Positions 51,301 through 64,000 of a DNA stretch of 64,000 nt are shown here, piece by piece. This DNA is from Fimbriosthenelais zetlandica (Eukaryota), in assembly GCA_977030845.1 (NCBI GenBank), contig OZ365114.1:21824001-21888000 (forward strand), in the 5' to 3' direction. Below the pieces are notes generated by a model that worked only from the letters and a program-made list of their open reading frames with translations, was not told the origin of the DNA and ran no database searches. Both the position numbers and the translations under genes were made by a program. Every line of letters begins with the position of its first letter. The first letter of the stretch is position 1.

Positions 51301-52761
51301 GGCATGAAGATGACCACCATGTCCGCATTCTCTCAGATAACCCAGACATCGCCCTGCCTGGTCCAGGCAACATGTGTATATATATTAGCTTTATGTAATC
51401 ACTATAACCTTCTGCCTCGCTTGATAGCTTCCTTATCACCTCAGAAGCACTCCTTCCACACTTAATTTAACAAATTATTGACACAGTGTGGCAGATTGTT
51501 TATAATTTGTTGGCTGGAATGTATTAGGGGTGTCTGGGATAAGGCAGAAGAATAAATGATTTCTGTGAAGAGATTGATGTGAGTGTTCAGATGGTTACAT
51601 CACAGCCTCGGTATTTAATGCACGCTTAATGCACGTCACAGATGACGTGTGTGAGGTCACAAGGTTCATCGTTATAATGAGGAACATTCTAGGAATCATT
51701 TAATAGAGCTTAAGGTGGTAGTTAACCATGTGTAAAAAGTACACACAAAGGTATCATCTCTGCAGGCCCAAAAGATGTCTGGATACAAAAAAAATCCATT
51801 AAACTAACCATATGTTAGCAATTAACCTTTTTTTTCAATTCATATGTATATATACATTTATTCCACCACACACATTTAGTGTCTATATTGCTTGTTGGAG
51901 CAGGCGTGGGGAGAAGATTGAATGTATTTGGATATAGATACATGATTGTACTGCTATACTCTGACATGTCATTTTTTCATGGCGTAAGATAAGCTAAATA
52001 CATAGAAATATAATGTAAAGTTGAGTGACTGGAGCCGTCAGATGTACAACAGTGAGAGTGAGGGAACTAGCAAGACAAATATTGACAGAGGAGGACACCC
52101 ATAAGCCACCCTCAACGTTTACCTTTACACAAAAGGTCCGTAGTGAAAGCTCTTTTGTTAACAGTGCAAAAAGCCAGTAGGCTTGAGTCACTAAGGGCGT
52201 TACTGTGTATGTATTTTAAGGCAAATTGTAAGCAATTCATCATGGTTTTGACAACATCCACCACTGCTACCCATGCAGCTTTAAAATGAAGGTGAAAAGC
52301 CAAAAAGACAAGAAAGGAGTCGGACAACCATCTCATTTGCCTACACTGGACTGCTGCCAAAGCTTTTGAGAAATCAGAATCTGGGCCTCAAGTCTGCCAA
52401 AATCTTAAACATGATGGCATGTTGAGACCATGTTTAACATTCTAAATCCTTTTCATCGTTTACATTGCCAGTTGTTAGCTGATCCAAGTAGATCCATTTC
52501 TACCTGAGAATACCAGAAAGCCCCAGGGCTTCAAGGTCATAAACAAAAGATGCACATGATGAATGTTAAGTTATTAGCTCACATTACTTATTGTAGTAGG
52601 CTCGTCAATTAAGCCTATATCAGCAGGTGTACGGGGGGGTTTAAACGAGGTTAATGTGGACCAGTGAACTGAATACATAATAGAGCATTGAAATCTGAAC
52701 AGGTCAGAGATTTATGAGCAGGTTAAAGAGCTAACAAAGCACAGGATATATTAGTCATGTA

Positions 52762-52791
52762 ATAGGTATAATCAGCATAGGTATAATCAGC
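52762..52791 (+). repeat. 15-bp perfect tandem duplication
   Basis: ataggtataatcagc x2. Confidence 0.9.
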
Positions 52792-55700
52792 GATAAAACA
52801 ATTATGACATGTAATGGTACACAAGGCAGGCAGACATCTGGATGTACATGTGTATACTTTCCATGCTTTGCTGACCAAAGTATTATACCAGGTAAAGCTG
52901 GATAATTGTGATGATATGATTATGCCACACCAAGTTTCTGCACCATTTAACAGACAAAAACAGAGACCCTTCCATGAACTAAGGCTTGATATACTTATTA
53001 CTAAATTCAGGCCTCATAGACTGTTGTAACTGCATGGAGAATTAGGCTAAAGAATTATGTTTGTGGAACAGATGTTTATCACAGTAAGGGAGAGTTGTAA
53101 AATGTGATAGGACTCCAGATATCATAAAATAATCAAGGGGTCAAAGTCATAATAATTTGGAAATGTGGATATCATGAAAAGTCCTGGAATGTGGCTACTG
53201 TATTTAGGTGGATCAATGTGGGTATGAGACCGGGGAATAGTCAGCACCAGTGGATTAACTGGTAATCAAGAGGGATCATCTGATGTCTCTGGCTTTGTGA
53301 CTGAATCAGCTACAGAGGTCAGCAATATAATAAGAGATCCGTCTAGGTGACAGAATGGTGGACATAATCCAGAGATAATCCCTGATAATCCGTGAGTGGA
53401 GAGTGAGTCTTCATGCTGTCACCATTTTATTTCATTTAATGCCCATGCACTGATCAATCACTTCTCCACTCTTCTATATTCTGTGTTCAATGCATCACAA
53501 GCCAATAACTCAAGGATTAGCTCTGCAGGGGCATAAATGAAAAAATGAACTCTACGGAATACAGAGGCATCAACAGTGTGTCTGCAATGGTATGCAAATA
53601 GAGTTAATGTCGATGTAACGTTAAATAACGTCATATTAATTTGCTCTTTGTTTCAAAGATTCCTCATGACCAGTTTTCAATCTCTCATTGAATTCGGTCC
53701 ATAAAAAGGATTAGTTGATTACGTATATGACGTGGCTTGTGCACTCAGCCCACGACTGATAAGTGACTAACTAGACCATACGATACATCATTACATGGTA
53801 CCAGCGACAAGTAAAAAATACTGAAAAATATAATATATGTCTGGGACATTCATATCATCAAAGGTCTGATTACATTCATAATGCCCTCTGACTCCATTTT
53901 TGTACGAGGCAACAAATCATCTCAAATGAGAATAAGTCAAAATTGATTCAAGCACATTTATCTTAGAGACACATAAATTATATAGTCAAACGCGATGCAG
54001 TAAAGGTTCAGATGAGGTTAAAACGCACGTCACAGAAATGCACCATTGCTAATTGTAAATTGCCAACCATGTCATTCACCATTTGCTTGCCCGTTCACTA
54101 TTCACCAAAGTCAAGTATAGAAGATGGATATGTTAGCTTTGAGATTAATCTCTTCAGGCTGATCGCGCAATAACATGACTTTCATAAGGTCATATACATA
54201 CCACCCAAATTGACGGCGCCTTCAGGCTTGCTGAAGCGACTAATTCTCGATGGCCAACAATATTATTTACCCACACATCTTTCCCACTTCCACTGCTGCC
54301 AAGTCTAAGTATCCACTTTACCCTTTGAATAATTTCACATGGTATATGTTTTTATGAGGTTTTGTTTTTTGCGCACCATATGTTGTGGTTTGTGAAGACT
54401 TGGCTGGGTTTGTGAACCTGGGCGGCACTGACTATACGGGGAGAGGGATTCAAGAGTCAGTCATGACGTCAGCTGTATATAGGTATACCACAAAGCCACC
54501 ATCACCAGCCAGATTCTGGCCAATGGATTTAGGCCTTGGCCAATAAAACATCATGAGCTCCTACTACTATTAATCTTGGACATCGGTATAATAACACTTC
54601 CACTTGGCAGGGGTCAACCAAATATACAGTGGTCAGTGCCCAAGAAATGCCTTGAGATTTCGGAGTGACTAATCCCAAGTGACCAATGTCCAGACAATGA
54701 ATGACCATGACCGGGTTCCACCCAGACATCACAAATGTTGGATATTATTTTTTGACCAACTCGATGTCAAAGTCAATGGCAAAATAAGATAGTCTTCTGC
54801 ACCCGAGTCAAAATGTCTTTGTTATCAAAGCTCTGCTCATGAATGAATAAGAGGAGGGTGAAGCGTTAAGTGGTCAAGGCTAAGAGAGTGGACCAGGCTA
54901 AGTGACTCATTCATTGGAGGTCACAAGGCTCATTAATTTTGCTGGACCACCACCAAGTTGCTACAACTTGCTTACAAACATTTCAAACGTCCCTCCTTAA
55001 GAAGTGACGACTTGCTTCAGGCAGTTTATTTTAATTAGAACAGAAGTTAAATCCCCAGGTAGAGTATTTGATATCGATTAATTAACTCCACCTACTTTTC
55101 AAGGTTAATTTCTTGATAAAATCAGTCTATAGGTAATCAATGGGGAGCTGTAATCTGTAGGTGGCAGACGAAAACTAAAGGGGGTTAGGAGGGGTCTTCG
55201 TGGAGGGCCTCTTGGGACATTAATCATAGGGTCTCCAATGACAAACTGGGGGATTGAAAATTTACACGCTTGACCAGTGTCCGTCAATACCCAGGGTCAA
55301 GCCAATGTCAGCTGAGTGACTAGGATGTCTAGTGTCCTTCTTCACAGGTCTGGACCAGCTGGCTCAAGCAAATAATATCACATTTATCAGCTGGTCAAGG
55401 GCTGGACATGGGTCCAAACATTACTACGTTAACTCTTTACAATGGATTGAAATAAAAATAGGCTGATTCAACTTGTATACAAGCGCCATATTATATAACC
55501 AGAAAATCAGGAATAGATGACTGAAGTTTTTTGTTTTTTTTCTGAGAATGTTGTACCAAGCAAAGTAAATGGACACCTGAGATTTATTTGAGGCGTCTCT
55601 TCAGTCAGGCTAGGTGCTCTAAGAATACGAAACACAACATGCCAGGCACCAGTACCTGTTAAAGTTAACAGTGAGCTGGTGGTAACCTTGATGGACCAGC

Positions 55701-58700
55701 CTGATAACCTGACACCATGTAATGCAGGGCCTGTCAAGTTTAATATTGGTTGCAAGTTTAAAAGCTGACTTTCATTAGTACCAGTGATTAGATTTACAGA
55801 CCCTGGCTGATTGGTTCCTGTAGAACATGAATCATTGACCACTATACTACTGACCATTAGAGGAAGTGTCTTGCACTTTTCAACTGGTGGTTTACACCTG
55901 TCTATAAGTCAGGTGATCCTTTACAGAGAACTCCCCATCTTCTGTACTTTTGCCCCGAGCTGTCAATCACTGAATTAGCTAAATAAGCATGTCATGACAG
56001 GCAGGGGTGAAGTCAGCTGTGGGAGAGTGGGAGATGGGAGACAGGATCAGGGTATAGGATGTCGTCAAGGGGTGAGAACCAGGGTCACAATGACTACCAG
56101 GGGGACAACGTACACATCTAAGGAATTTCCCGGACAATAAAATGGCTAGTACTACACTAGCCGGGTCCCCACCAGACCTAACCCGCCCACTCCGTCAAGC
56201 AGTCACCCTCTCTCTAACCTCCCACGCTTCCAGACTTGTGTCAGTAGCGACTGTCCCTGGTTGCATTAGAAACCACTATGTTCTTACGCTCTAAGCGGCT
56301 TTAAAACGACCATGCAAAAATCTTGAGTCATCCTTCTGAAATGGCCCAGAAGGAGGAATGTGTAAAATCTCTGTAAGCATGCATGACATTCTTCTTTATA
56401 TTCAGTGAACCACAATATGAATGTTGGTGTTTTTTTAATTTCTATTGAGGCTACCGAACACAACCAATAGAGGGGGAACCACCATCTACACGAGTAAAGC
56501 CGGGTGAGTGGCATTCATTCATTGCTGCTCGTAACACTCGTGAAGACGTGCATATAGAGGCTGATCATCATATCATGTCTCACTCACCACCTTCACGCCT
56601 CACACGTTAAGGCTTCACATTGATGGCTTAAGATTTACATGGATTTACTCTTTTGGGGGATACAGATCAGCCAAGAGGAAGGATAGTGAACTCAGGTAAC
56701 AATGAGCTTTAAGCGTGCTTGTGGGAGGAATCTACCGGTATCTATAGGAGGGTGTAGAGAGGTGGAGAGAGGAAGCATGGAGGGTGTGAGTAGTATGCAC
56801 GCTGTGGACTTAGGTCTGGACAGGAATTGCATGAGAGGAATCCACGTGCTTGTTGTTTAGTTATATCTTCAGGGCTTTTTAATTAAAATGAGTAAAAAGC
56901 CGAGGATTTGTGAGATGGAGTAAAGGAAGTAATCACTGTGAGTGGACTGAGTGGCCGGAGGATGTACGGAGTGGTGGGGGTATGTGTGGGGGTATAGTCT
57001 GGGCCTGGGACTGTCGATAAAGCCTAGTCTAGACTTTCTTCCGAGTTTTAAGTCATAGAAATTTTTTAATATCAAAGCTCGGATGTGAAGTAAGGCAGGG
57101 TATATGGCAATGGGGATGTATCATCATTTTTTTTACATAGATAAATTTGGTCGATGACCATTCTAATTTATTCATCAGGAAATAGATGGGCTCTCGTAAT
57201 ATCTGATAAGGGTTTATCCCCCCCCTGTGGTGGACCAGGGTTATTTCTGGGGTGTTTGCTACTGATAAATGTGCATTTTTTACCCACACATCAGATATGG
57301 AATCACTTTACGAAGTGTCACCAATGCCTGGGTATCGGGCATTACAACATTCCACTTCATGCCCTCGCCCACTGAGGTCATATGTCTGCTTCTAATCTAG
57401 ACACAGAATGTTGTGGGTCAAAGAATCTCTAGCCTTATTGACTGGTTTTATATCCGAGTCTTTATTATTGTCTGCGATCATTTATAGAAGAAGCACCATC
57501 AAGGGCGGGGACTGATCCCACGTCCAAATAAGGGGAAGTGAGTCAGAGTCGGGTTACTTCAATAAACCCTGTATGGAGAGGAGAGGGTTGGAGGTTGGGG
57601 GTGAAAGAGACAAACGGGGGTTGAGATGGGGTGAGTGAAGTCATCTGACGGCCCCAACAGATGAGAACCAATCTCTTTATATCCCAGTCAGATGACACCC
57701 AACCCGACCACCCTACCTGTCTACAGTGACCCCCATATCACCCAGACACCAACCTTACAATGTCCACAAGTCATTATCACAACCTTGCACCTCAGAACTA
57801 TATTTAGCTTCATGACACAGTCATATACTAAAATAGAATTAATTGTTGCAAAACTATGCAACTGTGTCTAGGGATGGATATCATTGATAGGGATTTGGGT
57901 AAACATTTGTTTATCTCAATGGGTTTCGAATAGGTCAGTATCGATTATCAGTGAGGATCACTTGTAGTTCCACCTGGCACGACTCAAGTATTCATAGTCG
58001 TCGACCATTGTTTGGAGAATCAACTGTCTTCAGACATTATATATGGGTAGCTAACTGCTACCAAAGTAGTAGTAACAATACCCTAACACTGTCAGAAGAG
58101 TGGAGGAAAAAGGGACAAAAATTCAGCCAATCTTTCTTCTGCTCGTTCATTGCAACTGCCAGTCAGCGGGCAAATTGGGCAGTGAGCGGGGCAATCTCTA
58201 TCACGGTTATAGAGTAGGACCTTAAACAATCACTTAGCTCTAACGCCAAGACAAGTGTCCTTCCCTCGTATCACCACTATCTCTCTCACAGGAACATACC
58301 TATCCATCATCACAGGCCTGTTTCACTAGTAGTGGCAGCTCGTCAGGCCTACACAATGAGAGGCTTTTACTCCGGTGCTAGGCTGGGATATATAGCCTCC
58401 ACAGCCAAGCCCCCGCAGCCTTTTACACTCTTTTTTGCCCTCATCATTCATCAAGTATACGGGGGATACAGTAGCTGCCGAAAAGATGAGAGGGGTGAAG
58501 GCTATAGATGTGGGTAGGTGGCTTTTATAAATGGGGGCAGGGCACCTCATCTGGCCGACCCCAGTCACAGAGGAACCCTCATCAAAGGCCCTTTATGTAA
58601 ACTAGCAGACGACATTTTCACCTGAGGGCGGGGCACGAAACTGAGCGTTTTGTGAAGCAGACGACAGTGATTTTTCTTTTTTCTCTCCCAGGATGACATG

Positions 58701-61141
58701 GGGTAAAATGTTCAATGCATATTACATGGCCTAGATGGCTGGTTATTGTTACGTTATAAAACACCTCCTTGTTATCATGGACTCCTCGAGGTGGCAACCT
58801 GACTCCTCATCACTTAAAAAACTGTTTAGGTACAAAAGTAAACGGGGTTCCCCTCGAAAAGAACGTATATTGTCTGCTTCACACGAAACAGGATCAAAAG
58901 CATGGCTTGGCTTTACCAGAGAACTTTGACCAGAACAATTGAGGAGGCTTTGTTGAGAAAAATTGCCCTCTTAAATTTTACGACTTCTTTTCCCAATTTC
59001 AGATAACACTTAGTTAGTCTCGTTTAGTGTCTAAACATTTCTACGACTGCTATACACAATCAAATGCTTGTTGGCCATTTCTCGTGCAATATTACGCAGC
59101 AATGCACATTGCTTTGAGTGCCGCTTAAAGATTACAGGAATTTTTCGATCTCAGGTTATGTAAACTGTCATTAACTATAGTGGGTGCATGGGCTAGCTTG
59201 AAGAGGCTAAGACAGTCCCCTGAGCCTAAATAGAGGCTTGGTTCTGACGTGGATACGGTGCAATATTTGTTAGAAGGGGAGAGTCGGGGGATTTGTGGAA
59301 TGAAGGTGAGGCCAGGATCTGGGCCTCTGTTAATATTAGTTTCAGTGTTTCCTTTTCTCAGCCAGTAACCTCAATACTGAATCTCCCGAGGTAGAAAATC
59401 AGATAGTCTTCACATAATCTGTTTATGACATGCTATTTGTAGATGCATGGCATGATAGAAACTCATGACATACCAAGCTTCCAGATGCAAGATAGTACCT
59501 AAGTAGACAAAGGATGACCAATTATTGTTTTTGGCAATGGATAAGCCAATGTATGACGCCATTAGCCTACAACAGTGTCTATACTCCAGATAGTCCACAG
59601 CTAGAGCACAGGAGGGGGAGCCAGATCATATATTGGACGGGGGCAAGGGTTAATCGATTTTATATCTAATTGGAGGGATCCAAGTGCACTGCAGAAGAAA
59701 GGGTATCTAGTGCATAGTGAAGAAAGAAAGCTGGGATCAAATCACTTCTCAATCTTACTGCTTTCACTTAATATTTATAGAATAAAATCTGAGCAGCTCC
59801 TTTGATTTAACACTGAGACCTGACTGACTTGTCTGGCTATATATATTATATGGTCGGTGTAAGCAGTAGAGATCGCTGCCAGCTATTTGTACCTTGTGAT
59901 CCCTGATGCTTCGAGGTAAACCAAGGTTGTCACTTTTTTGCATCACATAAGAAAGACAAGTGAAGCATAGTTTCGCGTGCTGAGAGGCAGCCTCGGGGGG
60001 TCAATGGGTGAGTGAGAGTGGACAGAGTGGTAATGTGAGGCTCACATTCATCAGATATGGTCAGTAATGGACCATTAACCTCCACTCACAGACTACTGGT
60101 CAGTCACGACATAATCAAGTCTGACATCCACTTTATTATTAGCACATTTCCTTATGGTTTTTCTGACCATGTATCTTTTAAATATATCACTTTCCCGGAA
60201 TGTTTATATGAAGAGCTCTTAAATTTCCAGCCTTTCAATTTTGTGGCACAGATTATAGAATAGGCAACATGAGAGGAAGCATGTTAGGAACCCTAAACAA
60301 TCAGGACAACAGACTTGGTGTGTGTATACACACAATTATCCCACATATGAAGCAATCATTGTGGCCTCGCTGATCAAATCGGGGCTCCATGGCTAGCATT
60401 ATTATTCATTCACGATATATATAAATGTGGGCTAGTTGAGGTAATTTGTGTGTGGGCTGGTAGTGGGCAGGAGAAGGCTCAACAGTTCCTCCATTGTCTG
60501 CACTATCAGACCATCCATGTGAAGAGCATGGCTCTATTGTTCTCACAATACAAGCAGTGACTTACAACACCTCCATGTAGGGAAGGCGTATAATATAATA
60601 CATGTAATCATGCTGCCCTAATCGATGCTTAGATCACTATTATCTATCATTGTGAAAATGATCACGACTTGAGGATGATTATGTATGTATACATACATGT
60701 GGTATATAATTATTAGAGGTCTCTGCTATGGGAATTCTGATAACAAATATAATGATTTAACAACGTTATCACAGCATCAATAAATCCATAATTAGCCATG
60801 GCTTATTTACACGAACCTCTCATTGTCTAATATCCAATATCACTGGTGAAAATATGGTAAGTTAGTATTAGCTTCCGAAATTCTAAAGACGATAAATCTG
60901 GAACTAATGAAATGTGCTATTTTTTCTTGAAATATAACTAGTTGTATGTCAGCCCATATTTGGCTGCTCATGCTAGACTGGAGCACGTCTGTGACATAGA
61001 TAAATACCCTGGCCATTTACCAACACCCCTGGACGATCATTGGTGTTAAGTGATGTTTTTTTCTATTTACCCTTTAGACACTAAATACCCTGGTATAGCC
61101 AGGTTATTGGATTAGGATTGCCAGTTTGGTATGGGGTAAAC

Positions 61142-61155
61142 GTTGCCATAGTAAC
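61142..61155. promoter_or_regulatory. RFX X-box motif
   Basis: GTTGCC-AT-AGTAAC is a full consensus match. Confidence 0.5.
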
Positions 61156-61255
61156 CTACTTTTAAGTGACAGAAAGAAGCATTTTGTACGCCCTAGTTGT
61201 TGGCCTGTGGGTCTGGTGTGTGAGGGGGAAGGGGAAACAATAGAGGGGCGCATAT

Positions 61256-61295
61256 GGGGGAAGTAGGTAGGGAAGGGGGGAAGTAGGTAGGGAAG
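61256..61295 (+). repeat. 20-bp perfect purine-rich tandem duplication inside a G-run tract
   Basis: gggggaagtaggtagggaag x2, embedded in a G-rich tract at about 61223-61306. Confidence 0.9.
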
Positions 61296-64000
61296 GGGAG
61301 AAGGGGAGTTGGCATCAGCTGCTGTTCCCTAGCTTCCCAGCTTCCTAAGGGGAAACCCAGTTAAACACACGCACAAACCTACTCAGACATGCACACCTCC
61401 ACTCATTCTATGAATATTAATGCAATGGTTCCAGTTATCATTTCCATAGATCACTCATTGTCTAATTCATAAATTTAAACCCATTAAATCCTGATGTATA
61501 AGCCAGTAATACAATTCTTCCATTTTATCATCTGGAGAACAAAAATACACTTCATTGCCTCAAGTCTATGAATGAGAAATCGTTAAAAGATAGTTATCTA
61601 CCCAATTTCAACTTGTACATTTCAAGCCAAACCCTATGAGGGTGGTGAACCCTAAATTAGACGGGTAAATAACCCCATTTCTATTCCCATCACAGCTTTT
61701 TTTCATTCAGTCCTGTCTACCTCTATTCTTCCTCGCCGTCATTCCCATAAATGATTCCCCTCTGTCCCCTCCCTGTCCATTCTTGAGTCGAGTGATTAGC
61801 ACGCCCTGCCCCCTCCCCGTGTCCCCTCCCCCTACCGTTCATCAAGTGCTCACACCACCAAATGCTCCAACATGATTGGCTGTTTGCACATCACTCGACC
61901 CCCCATCAACTAGATGGGCAAAATAACCTAAAAAAATGACCATCACAGCCAATGCAAGAATATTCAGCTTGTTTAGCCAAGTTCTATGCAAACAGATAAA
62001 ACTTTTCATAAAACATTTGTCATTTTAAGTGTACATCAGATGTATACTGTATCTTCTCTATGGAAAATTGTATCTCATTATTTACACAACACTATTATTT
62101 CCGCCAGACAATATTTAAACGTGTGCAAAGGAAATTCAAAATGATCTTATAGGAGGTATAAGGTACTGGCAAATGTGCACTGGCAGTGGTTCGTGAAAAA
62201 TGATACTGCCACACAACAAGGAAATCAAACAGCACCAGCCCTCCTCTAATACCTTTTCAGAGTTTTTGTGAGGTGTAGAGAGTACTTGTGAGATGAGTGG
62301 AGTGCTTTGTATGGAGGTGGCAGTAAGGTTTGGGACCTGGCCGTGTCTTGGTGTTTACATCGCCTGGCTGTCACTCTGTCTTGTATATATATATATATAG
62401 TCTGTGCCACCTTCAATAAGGGAATACTTTCTATATTTTGAGTTCAGGATTCACAACCAACATGAGTTGGCAAAGGATGTCTCAAAGTTTGGTTTTGTGT
62501 GTATATTTAGACAAACAAGACTCTAAAAATCTCCAAACTTTATATAATCTGTGGCATTTAAAGAAAACCACAAATGGAGATATGGGCTCACATCCGAGTC
62601 TGAGGAGGTGATATCCTCCTATTCACAGACAGCGCATCAATCCCAGGCCCTAAAGAGCACCAAAATCCATATCTCAGTTTATCATAATGACAACACAAGA
62701 TTGTCCCATGCACTCAGTTCCCCCGTCCACCCCCTCCACATCCTGCCTGAACAGATTACCAGGCTTCACTGCCATGGTTATTCATCAGTCTCTCCTCATT
62801 ATCATTTCCTTTTGGCAAGAAGGACTGGATTCCTGGTTCCGCAACAAAAGAGGGAGATTCGTCATTGGGGTTTTCATGATGAGGCCTGGCAATAAGTGTC
62901 ATTTTTTATACTACTGCCTCCTGGTTGGTCATATCAATGACCGATTATACTCTGTGTCACCTTGTGTTAAGGCTAGGGCACCAATAGGCTAGGTGTGAGG
63001 GGATTATAATGTAACTAACTGTACATCAGTTTTCAAAGAATATAGAGTAGCATCAGTGTAGGTGGGAAGAAATATGATCAGGGTTCACTGAGTACTGCTA
63101 GACAATGCCACATGAAATATAATTCTGTAATGAAACACCTTTCTGTAGACAATCTATTATAATATCCAACAAAATGACTGCAGTCTGTCTGTACTTGTGA
63201 ACTTAATATGAACCTCCATTCCCTCAATGTGAAGGCAGATTTATAAAAGTTAATGACAGTCCTTGCACTGTGTATCCTACAAAAATCACAGCAGTTCCCA
63301 CATTGAATGTCATAAACTTATGGGAGCAATTTCCTCTGTACTTGTTCCTTTGATTTATCTGTTAAAACAACACTTTTTGCATAATAAGGTGCCGGCGGGG
63401 TTGGGGGATGATTATTGAATCAATATGACGATAAGGTCCACATTTTACACCCGGTGCCGGGTCAAACCCCTGCCGTAGGATATAAAGGCTAACACCAGCC
63501 CTGCCCACGACCGTGGCTGAACCGCCTCCCACGGGGAGAAAAGCTTAAACACGGGGGTCAAATCTACATAAATCTAATCAAGCTGAAATGGACGAATGGG
63601 AATATTTGCAAGGGAATAAATAAGCATGGGGTTCCTCCCTCAGGGTGCTTCAGTGTGTAGCGGGGGTATCGGCCGCCTCCTCCGGCCATCTGCCCTCTTC
63701 CATTAGCCCACCTTCCTGTCCTTAAACCACATGAACTTATGACTTTTAACGTGAGCTCACTTTATAGCCAATATAAAACATCTATATTTGAGTCCATGGG
63801 TTAAGGTGGTTTCTTACCCACTTTACACTAATTAGTCACGGAGATCAAGCCTGAACTGTAAACCGTTCTACATGGCTGGACATAAAAAGGATTATTTCCG
63901 CCAAATTAAGGCTGATCAAATTAATCCTGTTTGATTAATACCTGGTTCACACAGATGTGACGATGTGACAGGATAAACCGTGAACCCATCTCGGCATCTG

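Noticed and set aside
63380-63560. Possible tRNA-derived SINE (B-box-like gggtcaaaccc)
   Set aside because: No convincing A-box, cloverleaf or second copy.
1-64000. CRISPR array, rRNA, tRNA or prokaryotic operon
   Set aside because: No repeat-spacer array or structural RNA was seen, and the spliced exon structure shows the DNA is eukaryotic.

Overview
AT-rich eukaryotic (animal) genomic DNA, almost all intronic. The only gene I can call firmly is a kinesin-3 motor of the KIF13A/KIF13B (Khc-73/KLP-4) type on the minus strand. Five exons are visible: 31561-31449, 28524-28410, 28198-27986, 10919-10809 and 3161-3027. All have GT-AG boundaries, and they join into one open frame covering the C-terminal half of the motor domain (switch II to neck), the neck coil/CC1 and the lead-in to the FHA domain. 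I found no upstream motor exons in the 32 kb above 31561 and no next exon below 3027, so the rest of the gene probably lies outside the window. Best second-look items: (1) two highly conserved motor residues in one exon are encoded with an A where a G would restore the consensus, which suggests restorative A-to-I recoding; (2) a decayed Polinton/Maverick-like family B DNA polymerase at about 0.8-2.2 kb; (3) a perfect 35-bp-arm hairpin at 23749-23819; (4) several RFX X-box motifs and a candidate internal promoter near 40.4-42.6 kb. Most ORFs in the supplied track look like chance or decayed frames. All homology statements come from recalled motifs; no database search was run.
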